Of a stretch of DNA of 64,000 nucleotides, positions 37,351 to 48,351 are shown piece by piece. The DNA is from Heterodontus francisci (taxonomy: Eukaryota). The position numbers and the translations under genes are program-made. The notes under the pieces are model-generated. The model did not search any database, had not been told where the DNA came from, and saw nothing but the letters and a program-made list of their open reading frames with translations. The stretch's first letter is position 1. The number at the start of each line of letters is the position of its first letter. The stretch is from assembly GCF_036365525.1 (NCBI RefSeq), contig NC_090374.1, positions 13,619,168 through 13,683,167 of the forward strand. Reading direction: 5' to 3'.

Positions 37351-40300
37351 GCAATAAGATTGATAAACTAGTAGAACAAATACAGTTAAATGGATTCGAT
37401 CAAATCACCATTGCAGAGACATGTTTACAAGGTTGCGAAATAAATACTCCAGGATATACAACATTTTGAAAAGACAGACAGAATAGAAAAAGAGGAGGAG
37501 TAGCCCTGATAGTAAAGGATGACACAAGGACAGTAGAGAGAAAAGATCGTGTCTCAGATGATCGGGAAGTAGAATCAGTATGGGTGGAGATTAGGAATAG
37601 CAAAGGTCAGAAAATACTCATGGGAGTAGTTCATAGCTCCCTAACAGTGGTTATACCATTAACAAAGCTTTAAGCAAGAAATTATTGGAGCTTGTAACAA
37701 AGACAGTGTAATAATTGTGGGGGACTTTAATTTTCACATAGACTGGACCAATCAAATTGGCAAACATGGGCTGCCATAGTATGTTTCGTGACAGTTTCCT
37801 GGAACAACACTAGGGATAAAGCTGTTTTAGATCCAGTATTATGCAATCAGGCAGGGTTAGTTAGTAATCTCATAATAAAAGATCAGCTGGGAAAAATGAT
37901 CATAATACAACTGAATTCCATATTAAGTATGAAAGTGGCATATTCCAGTCCCATACACAAATCTTAAACTTAAAGCCAATTACTTAAACATGAGGGGGAG
38001 AGCTGCGTCGATTGCTTGGGTAAATAGACTAAAAGGTGTGGCGGTAAATAAACTGTGGGAAACATTAAAAGAAATAAAACAAAATATTCAAAAAACAAAA
38101 ACTTAGCAAGAAAGATTCTTTTGTGGCTTACAAAGGAAGTTAAGGATAGTCCCTTACATTTCTCCAGTACTTTTTCTCTGTTGATATCAATTACCTTAAT
38201 TTCCTCTCTCTTGTTAGTCCCTAGATTACCCTCAATTTCTGACATGTAACTTAAGTCTTATACTGTGAAGATAAACACAAATTATTTGTTCAATGTCTCT
38301 GCCATTTCCCATGATAATTTCGCATGTCTCTGCCTCTAAGGGACCAACATTTACTTTAGCTACTCGCTTCTTTCTTATATACTTGTAAAAGCTCTTGCAA
38401 TCTGTTTTTATACTCCCATATTCTATTATTTTTCCTTTTAATCAACATTTTGGTAGCCCTTTGTTGGTTTCTAAAACAGTACCAATCTTCAGGCTTACTA
38501 CTATTCTTTGCAACATTATAAGCCTCTTCTGTTAATCTGTTCTGATGAAAGGTCACAAACCTGAAAAGTTAACTCTGCTTCTCTCTCCACAGATGCTGCC
38601 AGACTTGCTGAGTATTTTCAGCACTTTCTGTTTTTATTTCACATTCCCACCTAGTTTTGTGTCATCAGCAAACTTGGAAATATTACATTTAGTCCCCACA
38701 TCCAAAACACTTATAAAGATGGTGAATAGCTGGGACCCAAGCAGTGATCCTTGTGGTATCACACTAGTCACAGCCTGCCAACCTGAGATTAACTTGTTTA
38801 TTCCTACTCTCTGTTTTCTGTCTGTTAACCAATTCGCAATCTATAGCAGTATATTACCCCCAATCCCATGTGTTTTTATTTTGTTTATTAACCTCCTGTG
38901 TGGGACCTTATCAAAAGCCTTCTCAAAATCCTAATTCACCACATCCACTGGTTCCCCCATTCTGCTAGTTACATCCTCAAAAAACCCCAACAGGTTTGTC
39001 AAACATAATTTTCCTTTCATAAATCCATATTGATGCTGGCCAATCCTCCCAGTGTCCAGTTATCACATCCTTTGTAATAGATTCTAGCATTTTCCCTACT
39101 ACTGATGTCAGGCTAACAGGTCTGTAGCTCTCTGTTTTCTCTCTCCCTCCTACATTTGCTACTTTTCAATCTTCAGGAACCATTCCAGAATCTATAGACT
39201 TTTGGAAAATGATCACCAATGCATCCACTATCTCTACAGCCACCTCTTTCAACACTCTGGGATATAGATCATTGGGTCTAGGGGATTTATCAACTTTCAG
39301 TCCCATTCATTTCTCCAGTATTACTTTCTTACTTATACTAATTTCTTTCAGTACCTCATTCTTGCTAGTCCCTTGGTTCTTTAGTATTTCTGGGAGGTTT
39401 TTTTTTTATCTTCCTCCGTGAAGGCAGACACAAAATATTTGTTTAGTTTCTTTGCCATTTCCTTACTCCCCATTATAAATTCTCCTGTCTTGGCCTGTAA
39501 TAGGCCCATATTTGTCTTTGCTAATCTTTTTACATACCTATAAAGCTTTTACAGTCATTTTTTATGTTTCTCGCTAGTTTACTTTCATATTCTATTTTCT
39601 CTTTCTTTATCTGTTTCTTAGTCCTCCTTTGCTGAATTCTAAAATGTTCCCAATCCTCAGGTTTACTACTTTTTTGGGAAATTTTATAAGCCTCTTCCTT
39701 TGATTTAATACAATCTTTAACTTCTCTTGTTAGCCATGGTTGGATCAACTTTCCTGTTGGGTTTTTGGGCCGCAAAGGAATGTAAATTTGTTGTAAACCA
39801 TGCATTAATTCTTTAAATGCTACCCATTGCCCATCCATTGACATACCTTTTAATGTAGTTCCCCAAACTATGACAGCCAACTTGCCTCTCAACCCTTTGC
39901 AGTTTCCTTTACATTTAAGACCCTAGTTTCAGATTGAACTATATCACTTTCAAGCTTAAAGTAAAATTCTAACATATTATGATCACTCTTCCCTATAGTC
40001 TCCTTTACAACGGGATTGTTAATTAGCCTTTTCTCATTGCACAATACCTGATGTAAAATAGCCCATTCTCTAGTTGATTCCTCAACATATTGTTTTAGAA
40101 AACCATCTCGTATACATTCCAGGAATTCGTTCTCCACAGCATTAATGCTAATTAGGTTTACCCAGTCTATATGTAGATTGAATCTCCTCATGATTACTGT
40201 ATTACCCTTGTTACCTCTAATTTCCTGATTTATACTGTGTTGTACATTACCGCTGCTGTTTGGTGGCTTATAAACAATTCCTACCAATGTTTGCTGTCCC

Positions 40301-40400
40301 TTGCTGTTTCTTAGCTCCACCCAAATTGATTCTACATCTTGACCCTTCAATTTAAGATCCTCTCTCATTAACGGATTGATCAAATCCTCTCACTAATGTA
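37351..40400. mobile_element. Old CR1 fragments (plus strand 35515-35644 and 37351-38150; minus strand 38150-40400)
   Basis: Degenerate EN/RT motifs (VESIWVELRNSKG, SDHN). Confidence 0.75.
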
Positions 40401-40644
40401 TTGATCGATGGGCCTTATGGTCTACTCCTGCTCCTGTTTCTTATGTTGTTATGTTCTCAGTTGTTGACTATATTCAAGACAGAGATCAATAGATTTTTGT
40501 ATACTAAAGGAATTGAGGGAGGAAAGGTGGATTTAAGGTTGAAGATTAGGCACGATCATGTTGAATGATGGAGCAGGCTCGAAGGGACCAATGGCCTACT
40601 CCAGCTCCTATTTCTCATGTTCTTATGACACATAGCATTATTTT

Positions 40645-41215
40645 TGCAAGAGCAAAATACTACAGATGCTGGAAATCTGAAATTAAACAGAAAATGCTGG
40701 ACATATTCAGTGGGTCAGGCAGCATCTGTTCAGGTCGATGACCTTTGATCAGAACTGGAAAAAGTTAGAGATGGAACAGCCTTTAACCAAATACAAAGGC
40801 GGGGGAAAGGGGGATGGAGTGGAAAGAACAAAAGGGAAGATCTATATTAGGGTGGAAGGCAGGAAAGATGAAATGACAAAAGGGTTTATAGTACAAAGCA
40901 AAAGGAAGTGGTAATGGGGGAAGTAAAGAAATAAAAGACGTGGCCAGAGGAGCGACTGGCAGAATGTGGCAGAATGATAAACAGCTGCCGTCCAGAAAAA
41001 ACAAAACTAAGAAAGAAAAAGGAAACAAAATGGAGGCAGAGATTACGCTCTGAAATTGTTGAACTCAATATCTGGAAGGCCGTAAAGTGCCTAATCAAAA
41101 GGTGCGGTGCTGTGCTCAAGCTTAGGTTGAGCTTCAATGCAATACTGTAGGAGGCCGAGAACAGAAAGGTCAGAGTAGGAGCAAAGTGGAGAATTAAAAT
41201 GACAGATGAAAGGAA
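40645..41215. mobile_element. Probable Penelope-like element fragment
   Basis: Begins with the dispersed module aaagcaaaatactgcagatgctggaaatctgaaat, also present at ~13835-13980, 16780-16915, 38540-38640, 54778-54915 and 60650-60785. Family assignment is from memory only. Confidence 0.45.
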
Positions 41216-41679
41216 GTAATTTTGTTTTGGGTCAGAGTCCAGTGTATCCTTATTTTGTTTCTCAGAAACTTGTTTTGTTTCTAAGAAACTTCATTTGTTT
41301 GAAATTAGTTCTTGTGTGTTGATGTGGACATTAAAAAAGAGAAGACCTGACTTCAAGCATCTCAGTTTTGTGCTTCATTCCAAAAAATTTTCACCTCATC
41401 AACTCTTGATTCTATAAAGCTGAGGGCCATCCATTGCTCGAGTACTGGGAAGGCTCTTCCAATATCTCTCTCTTCCACGGTCTGTCTCAGGAGTCTCGAA
41501 CAGAATACTGGAAAAAGCTTGTGATCTGATCTCTGACCTCTCGGATCAAATCTGTATCTTCATCTCAACCTTTCCTCTCTCAGTTTCTTTCTATCTCTCA
41601 CAACAATACTACTGAAGTCAATATTCCTCTGCAATTCCTCTCCTTAGTACACCTATAGTCATGCAAAGCTCTCTGCTGC

Positions 41680-42275
41680 ATGTTGACCTTTATTGCAAGC
41701 GGATTGGACCACAAGAATAAAGAAGTCTTGTTAAAATTATGCAGGGTTTTGGTGAGACCACATCTGGAGTACTGTGTGCAGTTTTGGTCTCCACATTTAA
41801 GAAAGGATATACTTGCATTGGAGGCGATACAGCAAAGGTTCACTAGCTTGGTCCCTGGGGTGAGAGGGTTGTCCTGTGATGAGAGGCTGATTAAATTGGG
41901 CCTATATTCTCTGGAGTTTAGAAGAATGAGAGGCAATCTCATTGAAGCATACAAGATTCTGAAGGGGCTGGATAAGGTAGATGCTGAGAGATTGTTTCTG
42001 CTGGTCCAGGAATCTAAAACATGAAAGGCAAAGTCTCAGGGTAAGGGGCTGATCATTTAGAACCCTGATAAGGAGAAATTATTTCAAACGGTAACGCAGG
42101 GGGTTGTGGATGCTTTGTCGTTGAGTATATTTAAGGCTGGGATAGACAGAATTGGGGTCTCTCAGGCAATCAAGGGATAGGGGAGTGGGTGGTATAGCCC
42201 AAAGATCAGCCAATGGCGGAGCAGGCTCGACCAGCCATTTGGTCTACTCACGCTCCTATTTGTTGTGTTCTTGTA
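41680..42275 (+). mobile_element. Old CR1 3' fragment
   Basis: Encodes LVRPHLEYCVQFWSPHLRKD. Confidence 0.82.
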
Positions 42276-42754
42276 TTGAAGTAAAGGCTGATTGCATTGT
42301 CTGCTCCTCTAATTCATTCTTTTACAGGCATCACACAACTGTATCGCCTCTCTCAGTTTTCCCTTCTTCAACCTACAAGCTACCAAAACCATACCTCATG
42401 ATGACTTCTTAATTTGTTTATCCTCTATCCGGTCTTTTGGTGTCCTCTAGTTTGAGGCCTTCATTTAAATTTCTCAGTGTTAAACATTACACAGTCAAAT
42501 AGAGCTTGAACTCTGATGTCACTTAACTGACCCCACCACCACCATAATAATGTTTCCCCACAACATCCCAGTAATCTGTCCTCCTTTACACCCCAATAAC
42601 TGATGATGCCCAACCTAAAGGCACTGGAGAAGATGCAAAACAGGTTTTCAAGGATGATACCAGGACTGAGAGGTTCGCTAACAACCACCAACAGATACTA
42701 TGGCTGCTCTAAACCCACTCATCAAACCTGTGAAAAAACGCAGGGAGTTTTAAA

Positions 42755-45700
42755 AATTTATTCATGTGATGTGGGAGTCGCTGGCCAGGCCAGCATTTAT
42801 TGCCCATTCCTAATTTCCCTTGAAAAGGTGGTGGTGAGCCGCCTTCTTGAACTGCTGCAGTTCATGTGGAGTGTAGGTACACCCACAGTGCTGTTAGAAA
42901 GATGATATAGTTCCAAGTCAGGATGGTGTGTGGCTTGAAGGGGAACTTGCAGGTGGTGGTGTTCGCATTCATCTGCTGCCCTTGTCCTTCCAGGTGGTAG
43001 AGGTCGTGGGTTTGGAAGGTGCTGTCTAAGCAGCCTTGGTGCGTTGCAGCAGTGCATCTTTTAGATGGTACACACTGCTGCCACTGTGCGTCAGTGGTGG
43101 AGGCAGTGAATGTTGAAGGTGGTGGATGGGGTGCCAATCAAGCGGGCTGCTTTGCCCCTGATCGTGTCAAGCTTCTTGAGTGTTGTTGGAGCTGCAGCCA
43201 TCCAGGCAAGTGGAGAGTATTCCATCACACTCCTGACTTATGCCCTGTAGATGGTGAACAGGCTTTGGGGTGTCGGGAGGTGGGCTACTTTCCACAGAAT
43301 TCCCAGCCTCTGACCTGCTCTTGTAGCCATAGCATTTATGTGGCTGGTCCAGTTCAGTTTCTGGTCAATGGTAACCCCCAGGATGTTAATAGTGGGGGTT
43401 TCAACAATGGTAATGCCAATGAAAATCAAGGGGAGATGATTAGATTCTCTCTTGTTGGAGATGGTCATTGCCTGGCACGTGTGCGGCACGAATGTTATTT
43501 GTCACTTATTAGCCCAAGCCTGGATGTTGTCCAGGTTTTGCTGCATCTGGACACGGGCTGCTTCAGTATCTGAGGAGTCGCAAATGGTGCTGAACATTGT
43601 GTAATCATTAGCAAACATACCCACTTCTGACCTTATGATGGAGGGAGCAGCTGAAGATGGTTGGGTCCAGGACACTACCCTGAGGAACTCCTGCAGTTAT
43701 GTCCTGGGACTGAGATAATTGACCTCCAACAACCACAACCATCTTCATTTGTGCTAGGTATGACTCCAACCAGCAAAGAGTTTTCCCCTGATTCACATTG
43801 ACTTCAGTTTTGCTCGGACTCCTTGATACCATACTCAGTCAAATGCTGCCGTGATGTCAAGTGCAATCACTCTCACCTCGCCTCTGGAGTTCAGCTCTTT
43901 TGTCCATGTTTGGACTAAGTTTGTAATGAGGTCAGGAGCAGAGTTGTCCTGGCGGAACCCAATCTGAGTGTCAGTAAGCAGGTTATTGCTGAGCAAGTGC
44001 CGCTTGATAGCACTGTCAACGACCCCTTCCATCACATTGCTGATGATTGAGAGTAGACTGATAGGGTAGCAATTGGTCGGGTTGGAATTGTCCTGCTTTT
44101 TGTGGACAGGATATACCTGGGAAATTTTCCACATTGCCTGGTAGATGCCAGTGTTGTAGCTGTACTGGAACAGCTTGTCTGGGGGGGTGCGGCTAGTTCT
44201 GGAGCACAAGTCTTCAGTACTATTGCCGGAATGTTGTCAGGGTCCAAAGCCTTTCAAGTATCCAGTGCCTTCAGCCGTTTCTTGATATCACGTGGAGAGA
44301 ATTGGATTGGCTGAAGACTGGCATCTGTGATGATGGGGACCTAAGGAGGAGGCCGAGATGGATCATCAACTTGGCACTTCTGACTGAAGATGGATGCAAA
44401 TATTTCAGCCTTGTCTTTCGTACTGATGTGTTGGGCTCCCCCATCATTGAGGATGGGGATATTTGTGGAGACTCCCGCTCCTGTTAGTTGTTTAATTGTC
44501 CACCACCATTCAGGACTCGATGTGGCATGACTGCAGAGCTTAGATCTGATCTGTTGCTTGTGTGATTGCTTTGCCCTGTCTATCACATGCCGCTTCTGCT
44601 GTTTGGCATGCAAGTAGTCCTGTGTTGTAGCTTCACCATGCAAATACCTAATTTTTAGGTATGCCTGGTGCTGCTCCTGGCATGCTCTCCTGCACTCTTC
44701 ATTGAACCAGAGTCGGTCCCCCAGCTTGAAGGTAATGATACAGTGGAGGATATGCCAGGCCATGAGATTGCAGATTGTGGTTGAATACAATTCTGCAGCT
44801 GCTGATGGCCCACAGCGCCTCATGGATGCCCAGTTTTGAGTTGCTAGATCTGTTCGAGATCTATCCCATTTAGCACAGTGATAGTGCCACACAACACGAT
44901 GCAGGGTATCCTCAATGTGAAGTTGGGACTTCATCTCCACAAGGACTGTGTTGTGGTCACTCCTACCAATACTGTCATTGACAGGTGAGGATGAGGTCAG
45001 GTAGGTTTCTCCCTCACCACCTGCTGCAAACCCAGTCTAGCATCTATGTCATTTAGGACTCAGTCAGCATGGTGCTACTGAGCCACTCTTGGTGATGAAC
45101 ATTGAAGTTCCCCACCCAGAGTACATTCTGTGCCCTTGCTACCCTCAGAGCTTCTTTGAATTGGTGTTTAACATGGAGAAGCACTGATTCATCAGCTGAG
45201 GATTGTGAGGGGGTGGGGGGTGGATAGTGGTGGTGTTGCAGGAGCGATAGGTGGTAATCAGCAGGAAGTTTCCTTTCCCAGGTTTGACCTGATACCATGA
45301 GACTTTATGGGGTCTGGAGTCCATGTTAAGAACACCCAGGGCAGCTCCCTCCTGACTATGTCATTGTGTCGCCAACTCTGGTGCCACCTCAGGGATGGTG
45401 ATGGTGGTGTCTGGGACATTGTAAGGTATGATTCCGTGAGTATGACTATATCATGCTGTTGCTTGACTAGTCTGTGGGACAGCTCTCCCAATGTTGGCAC
45501 AAGCCCCAAAATGTTAATAAGGAGGACTTTTCAGGGTCGTCAGGGCTGGGTTTGCTGTTGTCGTTTCTGGTGCCTGGGTCGATGCCAGGTGGTCTGTCTG
45601 GTTTCATTCCTTCTCTTAGGCTTCATAGCAGTTAGATACAACTGACTGGCTTGCTAGGTGATTTCGGAGGGTATTTAAGAGTCAACCACATTGCTGTGGG

Positions 45701-45945
45701 TTTGGAGTTACCTGTAGGCCAGACCAGACCTGGTAAGGATAGCAGATTTTCTTCCCTAAATGACATTAGTGAATCAGATGGGTTTTTACAACAATCAACA
45801 ATGGCTGCATGGTCCCCATTAGACTAGCTTTTAATTCCAGATTTATTAATTGAATTCAAATTTCACCATCTGCCATGGTGGGATTTGAACCCATATCCCC
45901 AGAGCTTTGTTCAGTGGCAATACCACTACGCCACCGCCTCCCCTA
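42755..45945 (-). mobile_element. Near full-length degenerate CR1/L2-group LINE with a tRNA-like (Pol III) 5' head and no evident ORF1
   Basis: Head ggggaggcggtggcgtagtgg...ggttcaaatcc at ~45870-45943; EN (IVILTESYL, GNFNVHH) and RT (ALDITAAFD, PQGSVL) fragments; 3' tail gggcaataaatgctggcc. Confidence 0.85.
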
Positions 45946-46764
45946 AGTTCATGGATTACCAGGCAGACCTCTCTGTGAAGATGTTGCGTAAATATCTCAA
46001 ACCTGAGGGATTGGCAACAGAGTTTGCAGGAGGTTTAAAGGTCAGGTTTTATTACCAGACATTGGTTATGGCAGAAACAAGACCAAACACATGCTGTCCT
46101 CGGGATTCAAGAAACTCTTAATCCCCAATATTAAGGAGCTGGAATGATGAACAAGAATTACTGTGCTGAGATTTCTCACAATATCCCCTCCAGAAAGTGC
46201 AGTGTGATTGTGGAGACGGCAGCCCAGTTCGCAATGAAGATCACCAATCCCAAAGACAGGTTACACAGCAGAGGGTATGAATAGCGTCTTGGCAAAGCTA
46301 TAAAGTTCTTTACTAAAAGTTTATAATACAGAAATAAGGAAAGGCTATAATATCAGGAAAGACTGAACAGGCTGGTGCTCTTCCCTCGAGGAAAGAGAAG
46401 GCTGAAGGATGACCTGATAGATATCTTTAAAATTATGAAGTGGTGCAATAGGGTAGACCTACAGAAGATGTGAAGGAACCCAAAATCACAGACCATAAAT
46501 ATAAGATCGTCACCAACAAATGACTAAGGAATTCAGGAGAAGCATTTTACTCAGAGAGTGGTTAGAATGTGGAACTTGGAGTGATTGAGGTGAACAGCAT
46601 CGAAGTATTTAAGGGGAAGCTAAATAAACACATGAGGGAGGAAGGAATAGAAGGAAATGCTGATAGGGTGAGATGAAGATGGGTGGAATGAGGCTCGTGT
46701 GGAGCATAAACCCTGACAAAGACCAGTTGGGCCAAATGGCCTGTTTCTGTGCTGTAAATTCTAT

Positions 46765-47492
46765 GGGCCATAATTTGCTGTAGCAGTGCACCTAACAGTG
46801 TCTCCCATTAGTTAGACTTGCCCATGCACGTTTAGGCTTTTACCTTTTTCGTAGAAGGTTGCTGAAAATGTGAGCTGATAACATCGCTGATAATAAGGAA
46901 AACCGGACATCTAGAGCCTGAGTGAAGGCAAACAACTGTGTGTCTCCTTAATTAATGATACAAAGTATTGTAAAAATAACAGTGCAAGGACTGAGAAGAA
47001 AGTGTGAGTGAATTCAATGCTAAATCAGGTACAAAAAGAGAAATAAAGAGAGGGAAAGAAAGATTGGAATAAGAGAGAGAGAAAGGGACAGAAAGGAAAA
47101 GTAACAAAAATATTGACATTGTTTAAATCACCAGAAATTAAAACCTGAAGGAATGAGACTTCACACTTGTAATATTTAGATTTCAGTGCCAGAGTGGTTG
47201 ACTGACAGTAACTAACTCATCACCTTGATAAAAAGAGTACTTTGACTGAAATGGACAAGACAACTTTATGTGCTGAATTTTTAGTTTGTATCTACCACGT
47301 AAGCACATCAACTTCACATCGTTCAATACATCTCTATGGTGAGCCAGACAGCAGGATGCTGTTTTCACGAAGCAGCAACTTTGGATTTCTGCATTTAACT
47401 GTGCCTTTCATCTGAAGTTGCTGTACCATTTGTGCATAAATAGCAGTGAGTGCCAATAGCTTCACCATTATTTTGACAGTAAGTTATTGCCC
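46765..47492. mobile_element. MITE-like element
   Basis: Inverted termini gggccataatttgctgt ... acagtaagttattgccc. Confidence 0.5.
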
Positions 47493-47817
47493 AATGTGCC
47501 CTTAACCTGGCAGTGACTGCAGCATTCTGTTGCTCCTCTCACACCCTGAAAGTTCCTATTAGCTTCTCTGTGCTTCTTCCTACTACGAGCTCTGCTTTGG
47601 CAGCTGTAGTTAAGCAATCTTATCTTGCTTTGAATTTACTTAACAAGCAAAACATTTTCTCCTGTTAAGAAACAATGGGGAAGGAAGGACAGGGTACAAA
47701 TTCTGGACAGCACCAGGGTTTGGAAAGTAAATGCAGACAAGCAGATAAGGTAAAGAAAAGGAGGCAATTGGGTGACATAACAATGAATTTGAACAGTTAT
47801 TATTAGAAAGCACCTAC

Positions 47818-47878
47818 TGGAACCCCACACTGAGACCGACAGCAGAACTGTGGAAAGCCAAACGTAGAGAGAACTCAT
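47818..47878 (-). CDS. Exon 1 (signal peptide) of Siglec-15-like two-V-domain receptor
   Basis: GCG-ATG start; encodes MSSLYVWLSTVLLSVSVWGS (hydrophobic leader). It ends in the phase-1 donor TCCA|gtaggt, matching the phase-1 acceptor of the first V exon. Confidence 0.8.
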
Positions 47879-47959
47879 CGCCAACTCTTCAATGATTTGT
47901 CCTTCTCACTTGCTGCTTTCTGTCTCTTAACACTGAAATACAGAAGTTGCTCAAAGTTT

Positions 47960-48095
47960 CTTCACTTCCTGTGCAACCCCTGAGAAATGTTGATCAATCT
48001 CACTTAGTTTAACAGCAGATAGGAAGTCCATGTATGTTGAGCAGGAGCTGAGATATTTATTTAACACTGTAAAATACAGGCACAAACCACAGAAC
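47960..48095 (-). promoter_or_regulatory. Putative leukocyte-type proximal promoter (ETS/PU.1 and RUNX motifs)
   Basis: ACAGGAAGTGAAG (ETS, near ETS-IRF composite) at ~47960-47972 and TGTGGTTT (RUNX) at 48084-48091, 85-210 bp upstream of the ATG. Motif matches only. Confidence 0.4.
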
Positions 48096-48199
48096 ATGTT
48101 GAGAATGAGAGATGTGGCATCAGCTTCCAATAGAGTCCTTAGAATGTCCACCAGACTCTATAATTACTGAGGTAGCACTTTCCATTTCCGTATCAGCGG

Positions 48200-48351
48200 C
48201 AAACACTCCCAGGACAGGTACAGCACAGGTTAGACACAGAGTAAAGCTCCCTCTACACAAAAAAAAACGGGGTTAGATACAGAGTAAAGCTCCCTCTACA
48301 CTGTCCACATCAAACACTCAACACTCCCAGGGCAGGTATAGCACTGGGGTT
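48200..48351 (+). repeat. Two to three units of the ~67-bp minisatellite, continuing at 53656-53705
   Basis: ggttagatacagagtaaagctccctctacactgtcc is the reverse complement of the array at 61571-62180. Confidence 0.85.
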
